Below, in pieces: positions 1-14,499 of a DNA stretch of 64,000 bases. The DNA is from Octopus bimaculoides. Taxonomy: Eukaryota. The notes beneath the pieces were generated by a model. The model searched no databases. It worked only from the letters and a program-made list of their open reading frames with translations, and was not told the DNA's origin. The stretch lies in the NCBI RefSeq assembly GCF_001194135.2, contig NC_068981.1:167483679-167547678 (forward strand), in the 5' to 3' direction. Within the stretch, counting starts at the first letter, position 1. The number at the start of each line of letters is the position of its first letter. The position numbers were made by a program, and so were the translations under genes.

Positions 1-139
1 ATGTCAGGTTACTACGATGTGTATAATACGTCAAACTGATCGGAACCGTGAAATGCTCCAGAATAATCATTTAGTGATTCTAATCTTACATTGGTGCAAA
101 GTCACAGATTTTGGAGAAGTGTGGTTGATCAACTTTATT

Positions 140-290
140 GATCCTGGCATTTAACTGGTAATTATTTCATTATTGACTTGAGAATGATGAAAGCCAAAGT
201 CGACGTTGGAGGGATTTGAACTCAGAATGTGAAGGGACATCACTAATTATTGCAAAGCTGTTCTATCGATTCTGTCAGTTCTCCGTTGTT
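140..290 (-). mobile_element. Degenerate tRNA-headed SINE, family M (Meta-domain-like)
   Basis: Plus strand reads GATGAAAGCCAAAGTCGACGTTGGAGGGATTTGAACTCAGAATGT, the reverse complement of the body and B-box of the copy at 3260-3472. Confidence 0.5.
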
Positions 291-2914
291 AATGATTATT
301 AATGACAAAACAAGAATATTGAAGAACAGACGACTTTCGATTTGGTTCAGAATTGAGCTGGGAAGGTTAATTCAATATCCTGGTCTGGGTTGTATTCAGT
401 AAGTGAACGTGCATCTGAATGAAGTAGTGGTGTTTGGAAGCAGTATTTTAACAATGTCGATAATGGGAGATTAAACAGAAGAAGAGAAAAACAAGAAAAA
501 ACGAGATCAATAAGGAAACACTGAAAACTTTAATACATACCGTTCTTTCTCATGAAATAGGACTAATCTATAAACGTTTGAAAGATCTCGAACAATATAT
601 ATTGTTCGTAATCTCTCAATCTCTTCCTAACCACGAGAAAATAAAGCCCCCCCCCCATAGGATAAAATTACTATGAGAGCTCAAGAATGGAAAGCTTTCT
701 GTAAGTGATCCATTCTTACAATGCATATAAAATACCGGAAAGTCTAGGAAATGTTCTGTGCGTGTTTGAATTCTTTAATAGAGATCACATATATTTTAAC
801 ATGCATTAAAGAAAAAAATTGTCACTTTGTAATTACTTCCCTAGAATTTACATTTTCTTTCAGGCGATTCTTGGATTCATGATTTTTTCTATGTTTTACC
901 ATTCAGAATTCTAATGTCCCAATGCAATAGGCCTAGGTTGCTATACGCATAGCATTATCTGATATACAATCAATATAACTGAAGCACAATTTACGTCTGG
1001 GTCAATAGACATGGTTTATCATACCATCGATGAATAAAGTTATTTTATTTATACAAAATATTCCTTCTCTTATATATTCTACAGGTCACTCTAAACCTCT
1101 TTTGCATCAACAAACTAATCTAATCAATATCATACGCCTTATAATCCATAATTTGCTTTTATTACGCTGTTTTCGTCTTTTTTGTCAATCTGAAGGCTCA
1201 ATCGCCCACACGAAAATCGTTACTTCAATTGTATATAAAAATGTAGACGTTTAAACATTAACAGCACAACAAATGAATTTATAGTAAAATCAACAAAAGA
1301 TCACAATGATGATTAAAAAGTATTGGGTTAACCCCTCGATACCAACTTACTGTTTAGAGCTAATAAAACAAATTCAAACAGTCTCCAAGCCTATAAAACC
1401 GCAAACGCATCATCTTTAAAATATTGAATTCTTATGAAGAATACTTTTTTATGTTATGCAGTAACGTATTTTTATTCTTATATCTGTGTTGAAAGGGTGA
1501 CACATATTCTGCGAGTGACATTAGTGTCATTATAATGGAATGTTGAAAAATGAAAATTTTAGCTGGAAGATTTCAGCTAAAATGAACCGATCCTCAGAAT
1601 GAATGACTACAATTAAGCTTTAGCGTTGTTCGGGTGATAATATGGCTTGTGAGATTGCGGGGGAAAATGTTATCTAATCTATTAACTGAGATGATCTTTC
1701 ACTACTTTTGCTACATTTTCCGGCAAAATCTATACCATACTTTATAAACACTCTTCCATGCGAATGCTTGATCACCACAAGATAGTTATACTTATGTTAA
1801 ATTTTTCAAGCCAACATAGTAGCTTCCACAGCGTTACTCGATCTGCTGGACATAGCAGCTAATGTACATAAATAAAGGAAATGAGCAGGGTAGAATCATT
1901 AGCGAGCAAAAGGCTAAGCGGCATGTCTTTCAGCTCTTTACGTTCTCAGTTCAAATCCTGGAGTTCAAGATCAAAAGAAAGGAAACCCATCAAATAACAT
2001 TCTAACGTTTTATTTTCAGCCATAGCACATTGCATAATGTAATCCTACACATCCCTAAAAATATGGTGTGATCCTGATGGGAATGCTGCTCCGTCATTGG
2101 TTTGCTGGGTTAAAAAGTGACCTGGATTTAACTGCAAAAACAACAACGAAGACGACAACAGCAACAACCATATTCTCTGAATTTACATTAGTGAATATAG
2201 AAAATTTATTCAGAAATTCGTATTTAATTCTCTAGAAAATGTTTGGTTTCCACTTATTTTGGTTTCATCTGAGATCTTTGAGCATCTTGCGTTTGGATGC
2301 AATATCGATCATTAAGGAATATGATCGTTTATTACAGACTGGCAATTACTGTTCTGGATCAGTTGCTATTTCTGACAATTTCCTTATCCTATAATCTTTC
2401 TGCTGGGTCCTGGCGTCTTAGTGAGGGCTCGAAGAGCGTCGATATAGTCATAGAACGATTTATGCAATCGACAGTAGTAATTTTAAATGTTTTTCTAAGC
2501 AAATAACGCTATAAAATCAGTTAGCGCATATTAGAATTAAAAGAAAATATATGCAATTTAGGGCACTAGTCTTGCCAATTCAGTTACCTACCTCTACTTC
2601 GTATCCAGCATCGTATTGATATTCCGTCTTAGCCAGTGTATTATATTCATAATCAAAGTATCTAACACGGGATTAACTCGATCTACCTACATGAAATGAC
2701 TGCGGAAAAAAATCACCTTATCAATATAAAAAACATTACTATTATATAAAGCTAACGAGGTAGCCTCTACGTTGATACGCGATCCCCAAGAAATAACTAG
2801 CAATAACTAGTCTTTAGTTGCATATCGTTACAGTCTACGTTCAGATCTCACCGAGACTAACTTTATCTTTCATCCTTCAAGGGTTGATAAAATAAGTACT
2901 AGCTAAGTAATAAA

Positions 2915-2971
2915 AAAGCATCCTCTCGAGCCGTATGGGTTCATAAGAGCCGGTTTTCTGGTTTCCGTGGC

Positions 2972-3011
<40 letters not shown>

Positions 3012-3195
3012 AACGGGATGCCGGTTCGTCATATGATTACTCATTTTTGCCAACAAAGTCGACTGCAGTAACATAAAATGAAATGTTTTGCTGAAAAAAA
3101 AAAAAAAAAAAACCTCGCCGGCCAGTCCAGATCCTGGGGCCCTGAACTTAGGATCACGAACCCAACAGACCTAACCACTAGGCTAAACGCCTCCA
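2915..3195 (-). mobile_element. tRNA-headed SINE with Nin-like central domain, internal (TA)n and A-run
   Basis: Head at 3195 (minus TGTGGAGGCGTTTAGCCTAGTGGTTAGG); body TTACTCATTTTTGCCAAC...GAAATGAAATGTTTTGCT shared with 62655-62883; domain name is from memory. Confidence 0.6.
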
Positions 3196-3259
3196 CAACT
3201 GAATAGTGGCTCGATGTAATTAATAGGAAAAATGTATATTAATATATATCAAAAATATA

Positions 3260-3472
3260 AGGTGGCGAGCTGACAGAATCGTTAGCACGCTGGGCAAAAT
3301 GCTTAGTGGCATTTCGTCCATCTTTACGTTCTGAGTTTAAATTCCGTCGAGGTCGACTTTGCCTTTCATCCTTTCGGAGTCGATAAAATAAGTACCAGTT
3401 GAACTCTGAGGTCGATGTAATCGACTTACCCTCTCCCCCTAAATTACTGGCCTTGTGCCAAAATTTGATATC
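3260..3472 (+). mobile_element. Full-length tRNA-headed SINE, family M, with 19-bp target-site duplication
   Basis: A-box-like TGACAGAATCGTTAG, B-box-like GAGTTTAAATTCC, core GCCTTTCATCCTTTCGGAGTCGATAAAATAAGTACCAG; AATATATATCAAAAATATA at 3241-3259 and 3473-3491. Confidence 0.85.
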
Positions 3473-4696
3473 AATATATATCAAAAATATATTGAAGTGG
3501 TTCTGAATGTTCGAAGAAGAATTTCAGCTGAGTAATACAAGACGCAAAAATAAACCTTTCCATCAATTATTCATTTTCTATTCCCGTTTCTTTTAATGGT
3601 CAATTCCGTCTATTTATGATATTTATATACATTTAATCACATTAAACGCATATAAATTTATATACATTGAACTTCATCGGTCTTCAGAGAATAATGGAGT
3701 CTGACGATAAAGCATGCTCTTAACTCGGTAAGTTGCATTGTATATAGAATTCCATTTGTATTTTGTCTGGCTGATATTCAGCTAAGGAGGATCAATTGCT
3801 GTCTTGATGGAGGTTAAAAGAATGGAGATAATAAATAAATAGTTAATCAAAGAAGTGCCAATTAATGCATTCTAGCGGAGCAGCATAATTCAAAGATTTT
3901 AACTGACAAAAGAGAACATTAGCAAAATGTCTCTTGAATTTTGATATAGTTTGCAAACTAATGAAAGACAATTGCTATCTATGATTAAGCCTGTGAAGTT
4001 TATCACAGAGATTAATGTAACATAATTACATTTCTTGACGTCTTAGTTAAGGGATCAAGTTGTTAGTAGGTAGATCATTTTTGATTAAATAATGAATCAA
4101 TCGGAAAAGCATTTGAAATGATTTAAACTCTTTCATTTCATTGTTAGAATCAATTTTAACCGAACTAGATAATCTTTCAAGTCTGTGAATCCCAATTCTA
4201 TTAGTTATTCTGCTTCCTTATCCTACATACTTCAACGATTTTTCTTTTGACTGCAGTAACGACTAAATTTGTATGGAAGGAAGGAGATAAATTCGTAATA
4301 CAATGAAATCGATTTAATCAACGCTAATATATTACTTATTATTACCACTGTTGCATCGCTGAAAACGAAAATTCTCAACTTTTTTGTAAGTATTGATTGC
4401 TGTAAGGTTAAAAGTCTCTTCGCAGCAACGTGATTTCGAGCTCGATCTTGTTATGTGGCACCATTTGTTATTATTTTTCTACAACAGCCTTGGATTTAGC
4501 GATCCCTTATGTGCAAAATATGGTCGATAGAAGTGCATTCTGCAGAGGACCATATATCTATCTATCTATCTATCTATCTATCCATCCATCCATCCATCCA
4601 TCCATCCATACAATTATACATACATACAAACATATATATATATATATCTGTATGTATGTATGTATGTATGTATGTACGTATGTATATATAATATGT

Positions 4697-4885
4697 CAGG
4701 TCGCTCTTGAGTGCTGCTTGTAACATGTAATCCAGTACAACCTGTTGCATGGTCGGGTCGTCGGCGACTAAACTAACAACCCCACCAGGCTTGCTTGGTG
4801 AGGAGGTTGGACACCCCGCAGGATGAAAAATAAGACCCGTCAAAGGGCGGAGGGACTCATGAGCAGTCAACGGCCATCCAACAAA
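4697..4885 (+). mobile_element. Probable 5' UTR of the downstream RTE LINE
   Basis: GC-richer block GCATGGTCGGGTCGTCGGCGACT...AAAGGGCGGAGGGACTC...GAGCAGTCAACGGCCATCC, same strand and upstream of the RTE ORF across a (TA)n run and N-gap; linkage inferred. Confidence 0.45.
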
Positions 4886-5966
4886 TATGTGTAAATATAT
4901 ATATCTTCTTTTCTCTTTTTTTAAATATATTCGTATATCTATATATATATGTATATTTTTTGCTTATATATATATATATATNNNNNNNNNNNNNNNNNNN
5001 NNNNNNNNNNNNNNNNNNNNNNNNNNNNNNNNNNNNNNNNNNNNNNNNNNNNNNNNNNNNNNNNNNNNNNNNNNNNNNNNNNNNNNNNNNNNNNNNNNNN
5101 NNNNNNNNNNNNNNNNNNNNNNNNNNNNNNNNNNNNNNNNNNNNNNNNNNNNNNNNNNNNNNNNNNNNNNNNNNNNNNNNNNNNNNNNNNNNNNNNNNNN
5201 NNNNNNNNNNNNNNNNNNNNNNNNNNNNNNNNNNNNNNNNNNNNNNNNNNNNNNNNNNNNNNNNNNNNNNNNNNNNNNNNNNNNNNNNNNNNNNNNNNNN
5301 NNNNNNNNNNNNNNNNNNNNNNNNNNNNNNNNNNNNNNNNNNNNNNNNNNNNNNNNNNNNNNNNNNNNNNNNNNNNNNNNNNNNNNNNNNNNNNNNNNNN
5401 NNNNNNNNNNNNNNNNNNNNNNNNNNNNNNNNNNNNNNNNNNNNNNNNNNNNNNNNNNNNNNNNNNNNNNNNNNNNNNNNNNNNNNNNNNNNNNNNNNNN
5501 NNNNNNNNNNNNNNNNNNNNNNNNNNNNNNNNNNNNNNNNNNNNNNNNNNNNNNNNNNNNNNNNNNNNNNNNNNNNNNNNNNNNNNNNNNNNNNNNNNNN
5601 NNNNNNNNNNNNNNNNNNNNNNNNNNNNNNNNNNNNNNNNNNNNNNNNNNNNNNNNNNNNNNNNNNNNNNNNNNNNNNNNNNNNNNNNNNNNNNNNNNNN
5701 NNNNNNNNNNNNNNNNNNNNNNNNNNNNNNNNNNNNNNNNNNNNNNNNNNNNNNNNNNNNNNNNNNNNNNNNNNNNNNNNNNNNNNNNNNNNNNNNNNNN
5801 NNNNNNNNNNNNNNNNNNNNNNNNNNNNNNNNNNNNNNNNNNNNNNNNNNNNNNNNNNNNNNNNNNNNNNNNNNNNNNNNNNNNNNNNNNNNNNNNNNNN
5901 NNNNNNNNNNNNNNNNNNNNNNNNNNNNNNNNNNNNNNNNNNNNNNNNNNNNNNNNNNNNNNNNNN

Positions 5967-7770
5967 AACAATCTGCAAGGAAAAGTAAAAATAAACTTTC
6001 TCTGAATTTTGGCTATTGGAATGTGTGCACACTTGTTGATGATAATTTCAACAAGAGGCCAGGAAGGCGTACTGCACTTATTGCATGTGAGCTTAAAAAA
6101 TATTCCTTTGATATAGTTGCGTTCTCTGAAACTCGTCTCTCTGGTGAGGGTCAAATAAATGAACTTACTTATGGATACACTATCTTTTGTAGAGGCCTAC
6201 CTGAGGGTCAGTGTAGAGAATCTGGTGTTGGGTTTGCTTTCAAGAATTCATTAGTGTCCTCCTTTGCAGAATTTCCAAGTAGTATATCTGAACAAACAAT
6301 GACATGCCGTATAAAACTGACAAAGAGTAGGTTTCTTACCGTTGTCAGTATTTATGCACCAAAAATGTCTCATTCTGATGAAACTGTAGGACAGTTTTAT
6401 GACGATCTTGCACAATTATTGAGGAAAGTGCCAATTTCTGACAAGCTGGTCATATTGGGAGATTTCAATGTGCGAGTTGGAAATAACTATGTTTCATGAC
6501 CTGTTTTAGGCCGACATGGGATTGGAAAATGTAATAAAAATGGAGTAGCTCTCTATTTTGATGTTTTGTACTGAGAATAATCTGGTTGTTAGCAACACTC
6601 TGTTTAAGCAGAAAAAATAAATATAAAACCGCCTGGATGCATCCAAGATCTAAGCACTGGTATCTCATAGTTTATATTTTGATCAGAAAACGTGATATGG
6701 AATATGTTTCTAGAGTTCGGGCCATGAGAGGAGCAGAGAGCTGGATTGACCATCGTCTAATTGCAAAGATTCCACGATGCCACAGAAAGTATCAATTTTG
6801 ACCCAAACAATCTATGGGAAGATTTCAAAACAAGAGTATTTCAGACTGCAAGTTTGTCAGTGGGATCTAACTCGCGTAAGTCTAGTGACTGATTCTCAGA
6901 TAAATCAGTAGAAATTCATGATCTACTTTTAGAAAAACCAAATACACTTCTTTCTCATTCCTTGAACCCCAACTCAAACGAAGCTTACAGAAAGCTGAAA
7001 AGGAATATGCACACTGCTCTAAAGAAAATTAAACAAAAATGGTGGACTAATAGAGCAAAAGGGGCGCAAGAAGCAGCAGATAGAAATGACACCAAGGATT
7101 TGTACTCTTATGTTAAGGAGGTATATGGCCCAAAATCTTCAATAGCTATTCATAAGCGCTGGGTAGAACATTTTTCTGCTCTTTTGAATAGACCATCATC
7201 CGCTGACATGAGGATGATAAAAAAAATCGAACACCTTCCAGTTATAGAAGAGATGGAATTTGAACCAACTTTAAATGACATTTATTTAGCTGTGAATAAG
7301 CTGAATAACAATAATTGTTCAGGGTCTGATGGAATCTGTGCAGAAGTCTTGAAATATGGGTGTGACAAAATGTTTGAACTATTAAATATGTGAATTTGTC
7401 ACTGTTGGAGAACTGAGAAGGTGGCTCAAGACTGGATTGATGTCATTTTAGTCTCCTTGTATAAATCGGGGCGAAAGGATCTGTGTGGTAATTTCCGTGG
7501 GATTTTGCTTTTGTCTGTGGTTGGAAAGGTACTTGCCTGCATTCTATTAGAACGTTTAAATACCTTCATAGTTCCAAATATGGTGTCTGAGTCTTAGTGT
7601 GGTTGTCGCTCATCCGGGGAATGTTTTTAATCTGACCAGACTGAAATTCAAGACGAAGGTTTTTACTTCACTCATTAGGGAACTCTTATACACTGATGAT
7701 TGCGATCTAGTCAGTCATTCTGAAACAGGCCTGCAGTCTCTTCTATCTGCATTTGACTCAGCTTGTGACC
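5967..7770 (+). pseudogene. RTE (BovB-like) LINE, APE endonuclease plus reverse transcriptase, with stops, frameshifts and internal deletions
   Basis: WNVCTL, DIVAFSETR, SGVGF, SIYAP, LGDFNVRVG, DHRLI (endonuclease); RWVEHF, SGSDGICAE, GNFRGILLLSVVGKVL, ELLYTDD (RT). Confidence 0.92.
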
Positions 7771-8609
7771 ATTACATAATTATTTAATAATTATACTGTT
7801 TATTTCATAATGGATAGGATCTGAAACCGTACGACACCTAGCCTATATTTATTATTTGGCACACGCCTGAGCTCACGTGAAGAACCACAACAATTCGAAG
7901 GGTATCCTTCCTCACCTTGCTATCAATGTGGGACAGTCGGAGGCAATTGAATCAGGAATAGCTCTCTCACTCACGTACATCTGCTAATCGGACAAGATCT
8001 TGTTGGTTTTGAGCGTCTACCGGCGCACACCTCACATATCACAACAAATGTTTCATTCCAACTTGAGTCATCAGTTTCTACAAACAACAGTATACGCTCC
8101 ACAGATAAGGGGGATCCTGTACTTCTATAAACGATCCTCCCATCTATTGCTACTACAGCAACAGATGGTCAGACAATCTTCCGTTTCTTTCTCATTCCCC
8201 ACCTCCTTGTCTTATTGGTTCGTTCTTCTGTAATCAGCTGATGTGGTAGAAACTGGCACTTGATATATGTCGGCTAGCATCATCCTTATAAGATGATTTA
8301 TGAATGTAAAGTAATCACTCTCCTGGTATGTTGCTGTTGTTTTTCTTGTCGATAACATTTTGAGTGCATACATAAATTTCAATGATTCAACGATTCTTTA
8401 ATTATTCAGTTATGTCTAAAATACGTAAAATTCTGTTAATTACAAGGAATGTTAGATAATATAATTAATTGATTAATTAGATTTGACATGTTACTGCACA
8501 TTTAATGGAGAATGAGAAATGATGTCGTTCATGAATTATTGAAACACCTGCTTCTCAAATGTGTTGTTATCCGTTAATATTTATCTGTTTCCTATGGATT
8601 CTGCTGCTT

Positions 8610-8835
8610 CAAGATGACAGGGTACTCTACGTGGTTACTTTGACTACTAGAAATTAATGCACAAACTCTCCTCATGTGACTCCCTACCGTCTAAAAGATA
8701 AAGGATACATTAGGCAGTCTAGTCTTTCATATGCGATAAGACATAATGGTCACGGCTGAAACGCCTTTAATGACACATCTGCTTGATGAGGGCTAATGGG
8801 AGACAACAACAACAACAGCAACAATAACAGCAACA
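8610..8835 (+). repeat. Dispersed repeat family T with (CAA)n tail; related copies near 43930-44310 (-), 45270-45440, 52860-52980, 59600-59800, 61370-61500
   Basis: Recurrent CTAGAAA..GC.CAAA.CTC.CTCA..TCAC.CCCTACCGTCT.AAA motif; this copy ends in a CAA run. Confidence 0.5.
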
Positions 8836-10344
8836 ACAACAAGAGCAGTTAGGTAATGAAGAAAGAAGAGGAATGAAAGAAATTTCTGAGAGCAGAAATG
8901 GAAACACAGTTTACAACCCAAACATCCTCAGTTGCACGTCATCTGTTACAGTCAAAGAGATTTCAGTCAGTGTGTTTAAGGCTATGTAGGAAAAGACTCA
9001 TTGTCTGATGGGTCCTTTTCTCATTTAAAGTGGTATGTGATATGAGGGGTATTTGGTTATTATTTCAGGAAGGGTGCGCAACCAGGAAGATTCCCCTGTG
9101 TCGACTCCTTTCTAGTTCATGTGTAACCATTTCTAAAGAAATTACGGTGATGTACTGCAGGATTAGCTGTGCCGTTGCCGGAGGAGATAAAAACCAATTG
9201 ATTCAATGTCAGTCTGGGGATATGCCTAAACCCCTGGTTTATGAGAAACAACTGTTACAGAACTCTTTTATGTTTTTTATTGGACATTAATTTTAAAATA
9301 TATTAAATTTAAAATTACATGGAAATTAAACACAAAATGGTAAAAAAAAAAATGGTTACTGATTTATAGACTCATTGTTCTTGGCAGAATATAATTATTG
9401 GAACTGAAGAATTATGGATTACATAGTTACAAACACTGTCCAATAAAGTACAACTTTTTAAAGTCCTTGACACTGGACATTAATTTCAAAAGGACTGAAG
9501 CGAAGAAAAATACAAACGGAAGAAATACGGTAGAATCAAAAATAATTAAATGAGGGAAGAGACGAATGTGCCAATATTAGCAAATGATTTAATTAAATTT
9601 AATCAAATTTAATCAAATAAATACATAAAGGTGTCTTTATTCTTTTCACCAACGGGAAAAAAGGATTCTAACTGAACGATTCTCTCCCTTGCTATTGAGG
9701 CGAATGACCAACCAATCAGCTGAGTGATTATTTTGATATGATTTTATATTTACGTTTGTGTTTTTCTTAATTTTAATTCATTCATTCTTTACCCATCACC
9801 CTCATTTTTTCTATAACTTAATTATAGTTTTATATATTTTTATGTAACTCTGTCCATCCCCACAAGTTTTAGTAACCTCTGTGAATGAATGTTGCGAATT
9901 GGTATAGTCACTAAAGTATTGGCTAGAATACATTATTTGTTTATTGTAAAATTTTACGTTCTGAGTTCAAACCACGCTGAGATCGACTTCCCTGTTGTCC
10001 CTTCGAGTTCGATAAAAATAAAAAAAACCTACCTGAGTAGAGCGGAAGACTGGTAGAATAGTTAGAGCGTCAGAAGAAAAGAGAATGGAAACAGTTTCGT
10101 TGGTTCGATTGACGGAAGATCGACCGCTGCCATCACAACCACCATGTCTAACGTTCATTCTTTTAGGGCTTGTGCCTATATGACAACGGATTTTATTACT
10201 GTAACAATTTAGTTGTCATTGTGTGCTTTCATTGCAATATCAGGAATAAATCTGCAAGCCTTGTGTACGAGCAATTTTGCTTTGGTGTTTGTATTTTTAC
10301 ATTGTATTGAAAACACTCAACGTAATGCGTACAAACTCTAGTAA

Positions 10345-10790
10345 TTCTTGTTTACTGAGAGTTCTTTACTGAGAGATGTATGTGCAGTGTTTAGCCATTC
10401 TGTTTTCAATGGGTGTCCTTGGATTTTGGCATGTATTCATCAGTATAGTTGGTTAAATAATAATTTCTAAAGCGCCTATTATCATAGAGATTTGTTTCTG
10501 CTTTCGATTCCACCATTCTAGTTATCTCTGTTTGCAAATCTTTATACTTTCGGATAGTTTTTCTATTAATTTTAAATATGTATATTGTTGTCGCTTACAG
10601 TTGATGCATCGATAAAGAGACATTTCTTTCCTTGATAGTATTAGACAACAATATACTGCCGATTAATCTCCGTGTGTAGACTGACATATCCTACAGCAAA
10701 TGATCATTTTGTAATATCCTGAGATCCTTTCCAGTATTTGTACCATTATCTACTATGAGTATTTCATAATAGCTGTCTAATTTGAATTGT
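10345..10790 (-). pseudogene. Decayed C-terminus of a restriction-like-endonuclease LINE (R4/Dong type), subfamily KYKDL
   Basis: Minus-strand translation NRQYIVV*YYQGKKCLFIDAS...KYKDLQTEITRM...IIGAL...TAH resembles the PD-(D/E)xK RLE region. Confidence 0.65.
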
Positions 10791-11227
10791 ATGGTTGTCT
10801 GATTGTATGAAATTTCGAACCCTAGCAGTTTGGTATATATATATAGCGAGAAAGGATAGAGAGATGTATGTATATATATTTAAAGATATACGTACATACA
10901 TATGTGTGTGTGTATATACAATCTTGTCTGGTATACTTGGCAGCCGCAACAATGTGATTGATTAGTTTTTTCCACAAAAGCAAACTTAGCCATTCGATAA
11001 ACAAAGATCGATAAGATATGTATCAGACTAAATACGGGAGTCAATATAATCGACAAAAATCTATGAAGGCTTTTACTAGTATTGCCACTGACCAAAGAGT
11101 GAGACCACAAAAAGAATATAAGAATAATCATTGTTAAAACGAACGCTATTTGCTGAATATATATAAGTATGATTTGCAGAATGCTTTTCGTCGAATGTTA
11201 TTTCATCCATAATATTAAATGAATGAT

Positions 11228-11440
11228 AAGCCGGCGAGATGGCAGAAACGTTAGCATACTGGACGAAATACTTAGCGGTATTTCGTCTTTAGGTTCGGAG
11301 TTCATACTCCACCGAGTTCGGTTTTTTACCTTTCATCCTTTAGAAGTCGATAAATTAAATACCAGTTGCGTACTGGAGTCGATCTAATCGACTGGCCCTC
11401 TCCTCCAAAATTTCGGACCTTGTCCCTAGAGTAGAAAAGA
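11228..11440 (+). mobile_element. tRNA-headed SINE, family M
   Basis: GGCGAGATGGCAGAAACGTTAGC head; CCTTTCATCCTTTAGAAGTCGATAAATTAAATACCAG core. Confidence 0.8.
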
Positions 11441-11849
11441 ATATTTTATCATCGATTACTGCATATCCACTCGACTGTCCGTGTATCTGACCATTGGTAT
11501 ACTGTGTTTAAATTATTTTCTTCTTGATATTTATTAAATGTCATTGCAAATGCGAGAAGCCGTTGATGATATTTCATGAAGGTAGGATTCGTATGTCCGC
11601 GCAAAATCGTATTATATTGCTCGGGTTAATTTACTTCATGTGGATTTATATGTAGCGTGCACCACAAAAATGTTTGCACATATGTTCTTGTGCTTAATGT
11701 GGTTGTAGCTAAGTAGAGAACCAAAAGAGTTGGACCTTATGGTACGTTAAAAATATTTTTCGAATAAGATGCAGCATATTGACAGGTTCGATAAACCGGA
11801 AGTAGCATCTGTAAAACAGGCTGCAATGAGTATAATTTTATGTACGTTT

Positions 11850-12600
11850 GAGAGAGAGCACAAGGTAAAAGTTAAGGAGTAAAACACAGATATTCACGTT
11901 GAATGCATAAAACGATAGTAGGAGAGCCTAAATGAACATAGGAACAAACAGTAAAAGCATTGTTGGAGGACCACAAAGAGATGGGAGGAGGGAAGGAAAT
12001 AAGTGATAAAAGAGTGATAGGATAAATATCTATAGTAGTAATAATAGAAACAACGCCCCACTTCCGAGATAGAAATATAGAAGTTGCATATCTTGTATTT
12101 GAGTACAAGCTATATGGTTCAGATGGTTATTATATCAACTGAATTGATAACTGTCGTAGACGGATATTGTTACATTTTGTGCTTGTATACGAGAGGAAGG
12201 ATAGGCTCTCCTATGTCATAGAAGTGAATGTGTGATGGATATTCACTTGGTGCTTAGTGTCTATAAGTGAGGCTCAAATCTTTCAGATACATTCAATTGG
12301 GAACTTCGCAAAGAAGACATATTCTAGAGATGGGTTGTATGACTTATACGTGGAGTGAGTAGAATAACACAAGAGGAAGTAGGAAGTTATTACGTAAAAG
12401 AAGTGAATCTTTAGGGAGGAACACGCGAATGAGAGGTACAGTTTCTAATAAGCCACTGCCCTACCTATGTTTTGTATATAGTATACTCTATATTATCTGC
12501 CTTTTCCCGAGAGTAGTAGCAGCATATACAAATACAGGTCGCAAGGGCTGTAGTATTATAGTCAGTTGAAATGGGGAAAACTGTATAGAGTCCTTAGAGT
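11850..12600 (-). pseudogene. Highly decayed CR1/L2-group LINE 3' region
   Basis: Minus-strand fragment TYKSYNPSLEY (compare LYKxxIRPxLEY) and YYYRY; similar composition to 52990-53900. Confidence 0.4.
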
Positions 12601-13039
12601 GTTCATTTGATGCATGTATGAAATAACAACTGGGTATTGAGTGTTGTTGGAGGAATCCGCTCTATTTCAAGCATTCAAACCAATTTCTGGCCAGAAAACA
12701 ATTTCTTCGATCTCTCATATCGTTTTCAGGAGCATTGTGGAGTATTACAGGTGTTGGTGTCCTTACTCTGTGTTATGTCTCAAGCTACTGCTATCTAGCA
12801 CCTTCGGATGATCTCTACTCAACCGCTACACAACTGCTACTCAACTGATACTCAACACCCCTACCACGGCCAGACTATCTCAACTTATATGTCTTGTGAG
12901 ATCCTACTTCTTCGCCTGGGGGCGTCGACACAACACTCTGATTAAGCAATGAAAAACCAAAGATATTTAAGTGAAAAGTGGGAAAAAAATATTTACATGG
13001 TTACGACGCAATCGCGTTAACTTTTTTCATCGTTTCTAT

Positions 13040-14330
13040 ATCAGTGTGCATATATGTGCGCATGTGTGCGCACGCATATTTATATTTAATCTCATAAAAA
13101 ACGCAATGTATATGCATATATATGTATGTATATATGCATATACACACATTGATGCACACACACACACAATCACACACATATGGACATGCATACATACATT
13201 CATATACACACATATACACATGCATGTATATACACATACATTCATGCATAAGTACATTTACTCAGACTTATAGGCAAGAACACACAAGTACACGTAAACA
13301 CACACAAACTCACACACACACACACACACATACACACACAGACATATTCATATACACGTATAATAGATAACTGATAAGTGTTGTTGTTGTTATTTAGCCA
13401 CAAAATAATATATTCTCTTGTTGGCAAAGTGTTATTTTTCTTTGATCCAAATGTTGTTCTGCTACAATGACCCCTGCGTCAACAACAACAACAACAACAA
13501 CAACAACCACAAGTTACTAAGAAAACATAATAAACAGAATAAACAAATAAAAGTAGTCAATGAAAAATACATATAAAAAAGTGAAAATTTTCTCTTCGAT
13601 TTAATCAATTACATTTTATAGAGAACGTTCAATCATTTTATAGAAAATACTCAATCATTGCGGATTTCTATGTAGAAAAACATCATTAGATAACACGTTA
13701 TACTACGTATGTATGTATGTATGTATGTATGTATGTATGTATGTATGTATGGTTGCAAGTATGTATGTATATTTATATGTAAGTATGGATGTATGTTTGT
13801 ATGTATATATGCATTTATATTTGCATGTATGTATATTTCTATAAATGTATGTTTGTATATATTTATATATGTATATATTTATATATGCATGTATATATTT
13901 GTATATATTTATATATGCATGTATATATTTGTATATATTTATATATGCATGTATATGTATATATATTGATGTACGTATGCATGTATGTATGCATTATTTT
14001 TGCATGTATGTTTTTATGCATGCTTTGTGTGTATGTTTGTATGTGTATATATATGCATGTGTGTATATGTGCATGTATTATACATGTATATATGTATTAT
14101 ACATGCGCGCACGCATGTATGTATGTTTGTATGTATGCATAGTTGCGTGTCTGTATGTATGCATGGTTGCATGTTTGTATGTATGTATGCATGTATGTAT
14201 GTATGTATGCATATATGTATGTGTGTATGTATGTATGTATGTATTTATGTGTGTTTGTATGTATGTACGCACGTATGTATGTATGTGTACATGTAGGTAT
14301 GCATGTATGTCTGTATGCATGTTTTATTAT
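13040..14330. repeat. Compound microsatellite field (CA)n, (TATG)n, (TA)n with a 30-bp unit repeated three times at about 13871-13960
   Basis: Read directly; unit GTATATATTTATATATGCATGTATATATTT. Confidence 0.95.
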
Positions 14331-14499
14331 TCGAAAGATCCAGTTCCAATCCGATATCAAGGCTCTTTCGTTGGAATTTAGACAACACGAAAGAGATAGT
14401 TATGCACGTGTGCTTTTATGTTTAATTGTTTTTAATAAGAGGTTGTGGCCATACTGGGGCTCTGTCATTGACATAATTACAGGTATCGTTTATTTCATC

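Noticed and set aside
351-1055. Exon-like blocks 351-398, 661-700 and 823 onward with GTAAGT donors and AATAAA at 1033
   Set aside because: The only open frames of the first two blocks are out of phase with each other; no recognisable product
4857-6154. Long ORFs of 340-516 aa here, and similar ones at 14814-15813, 29546-30688, 41812-42525
   Set aside because: They run through N-gaps; only 5967-6499 is real coding-like sequence and it belongs to the RTE endonuclease
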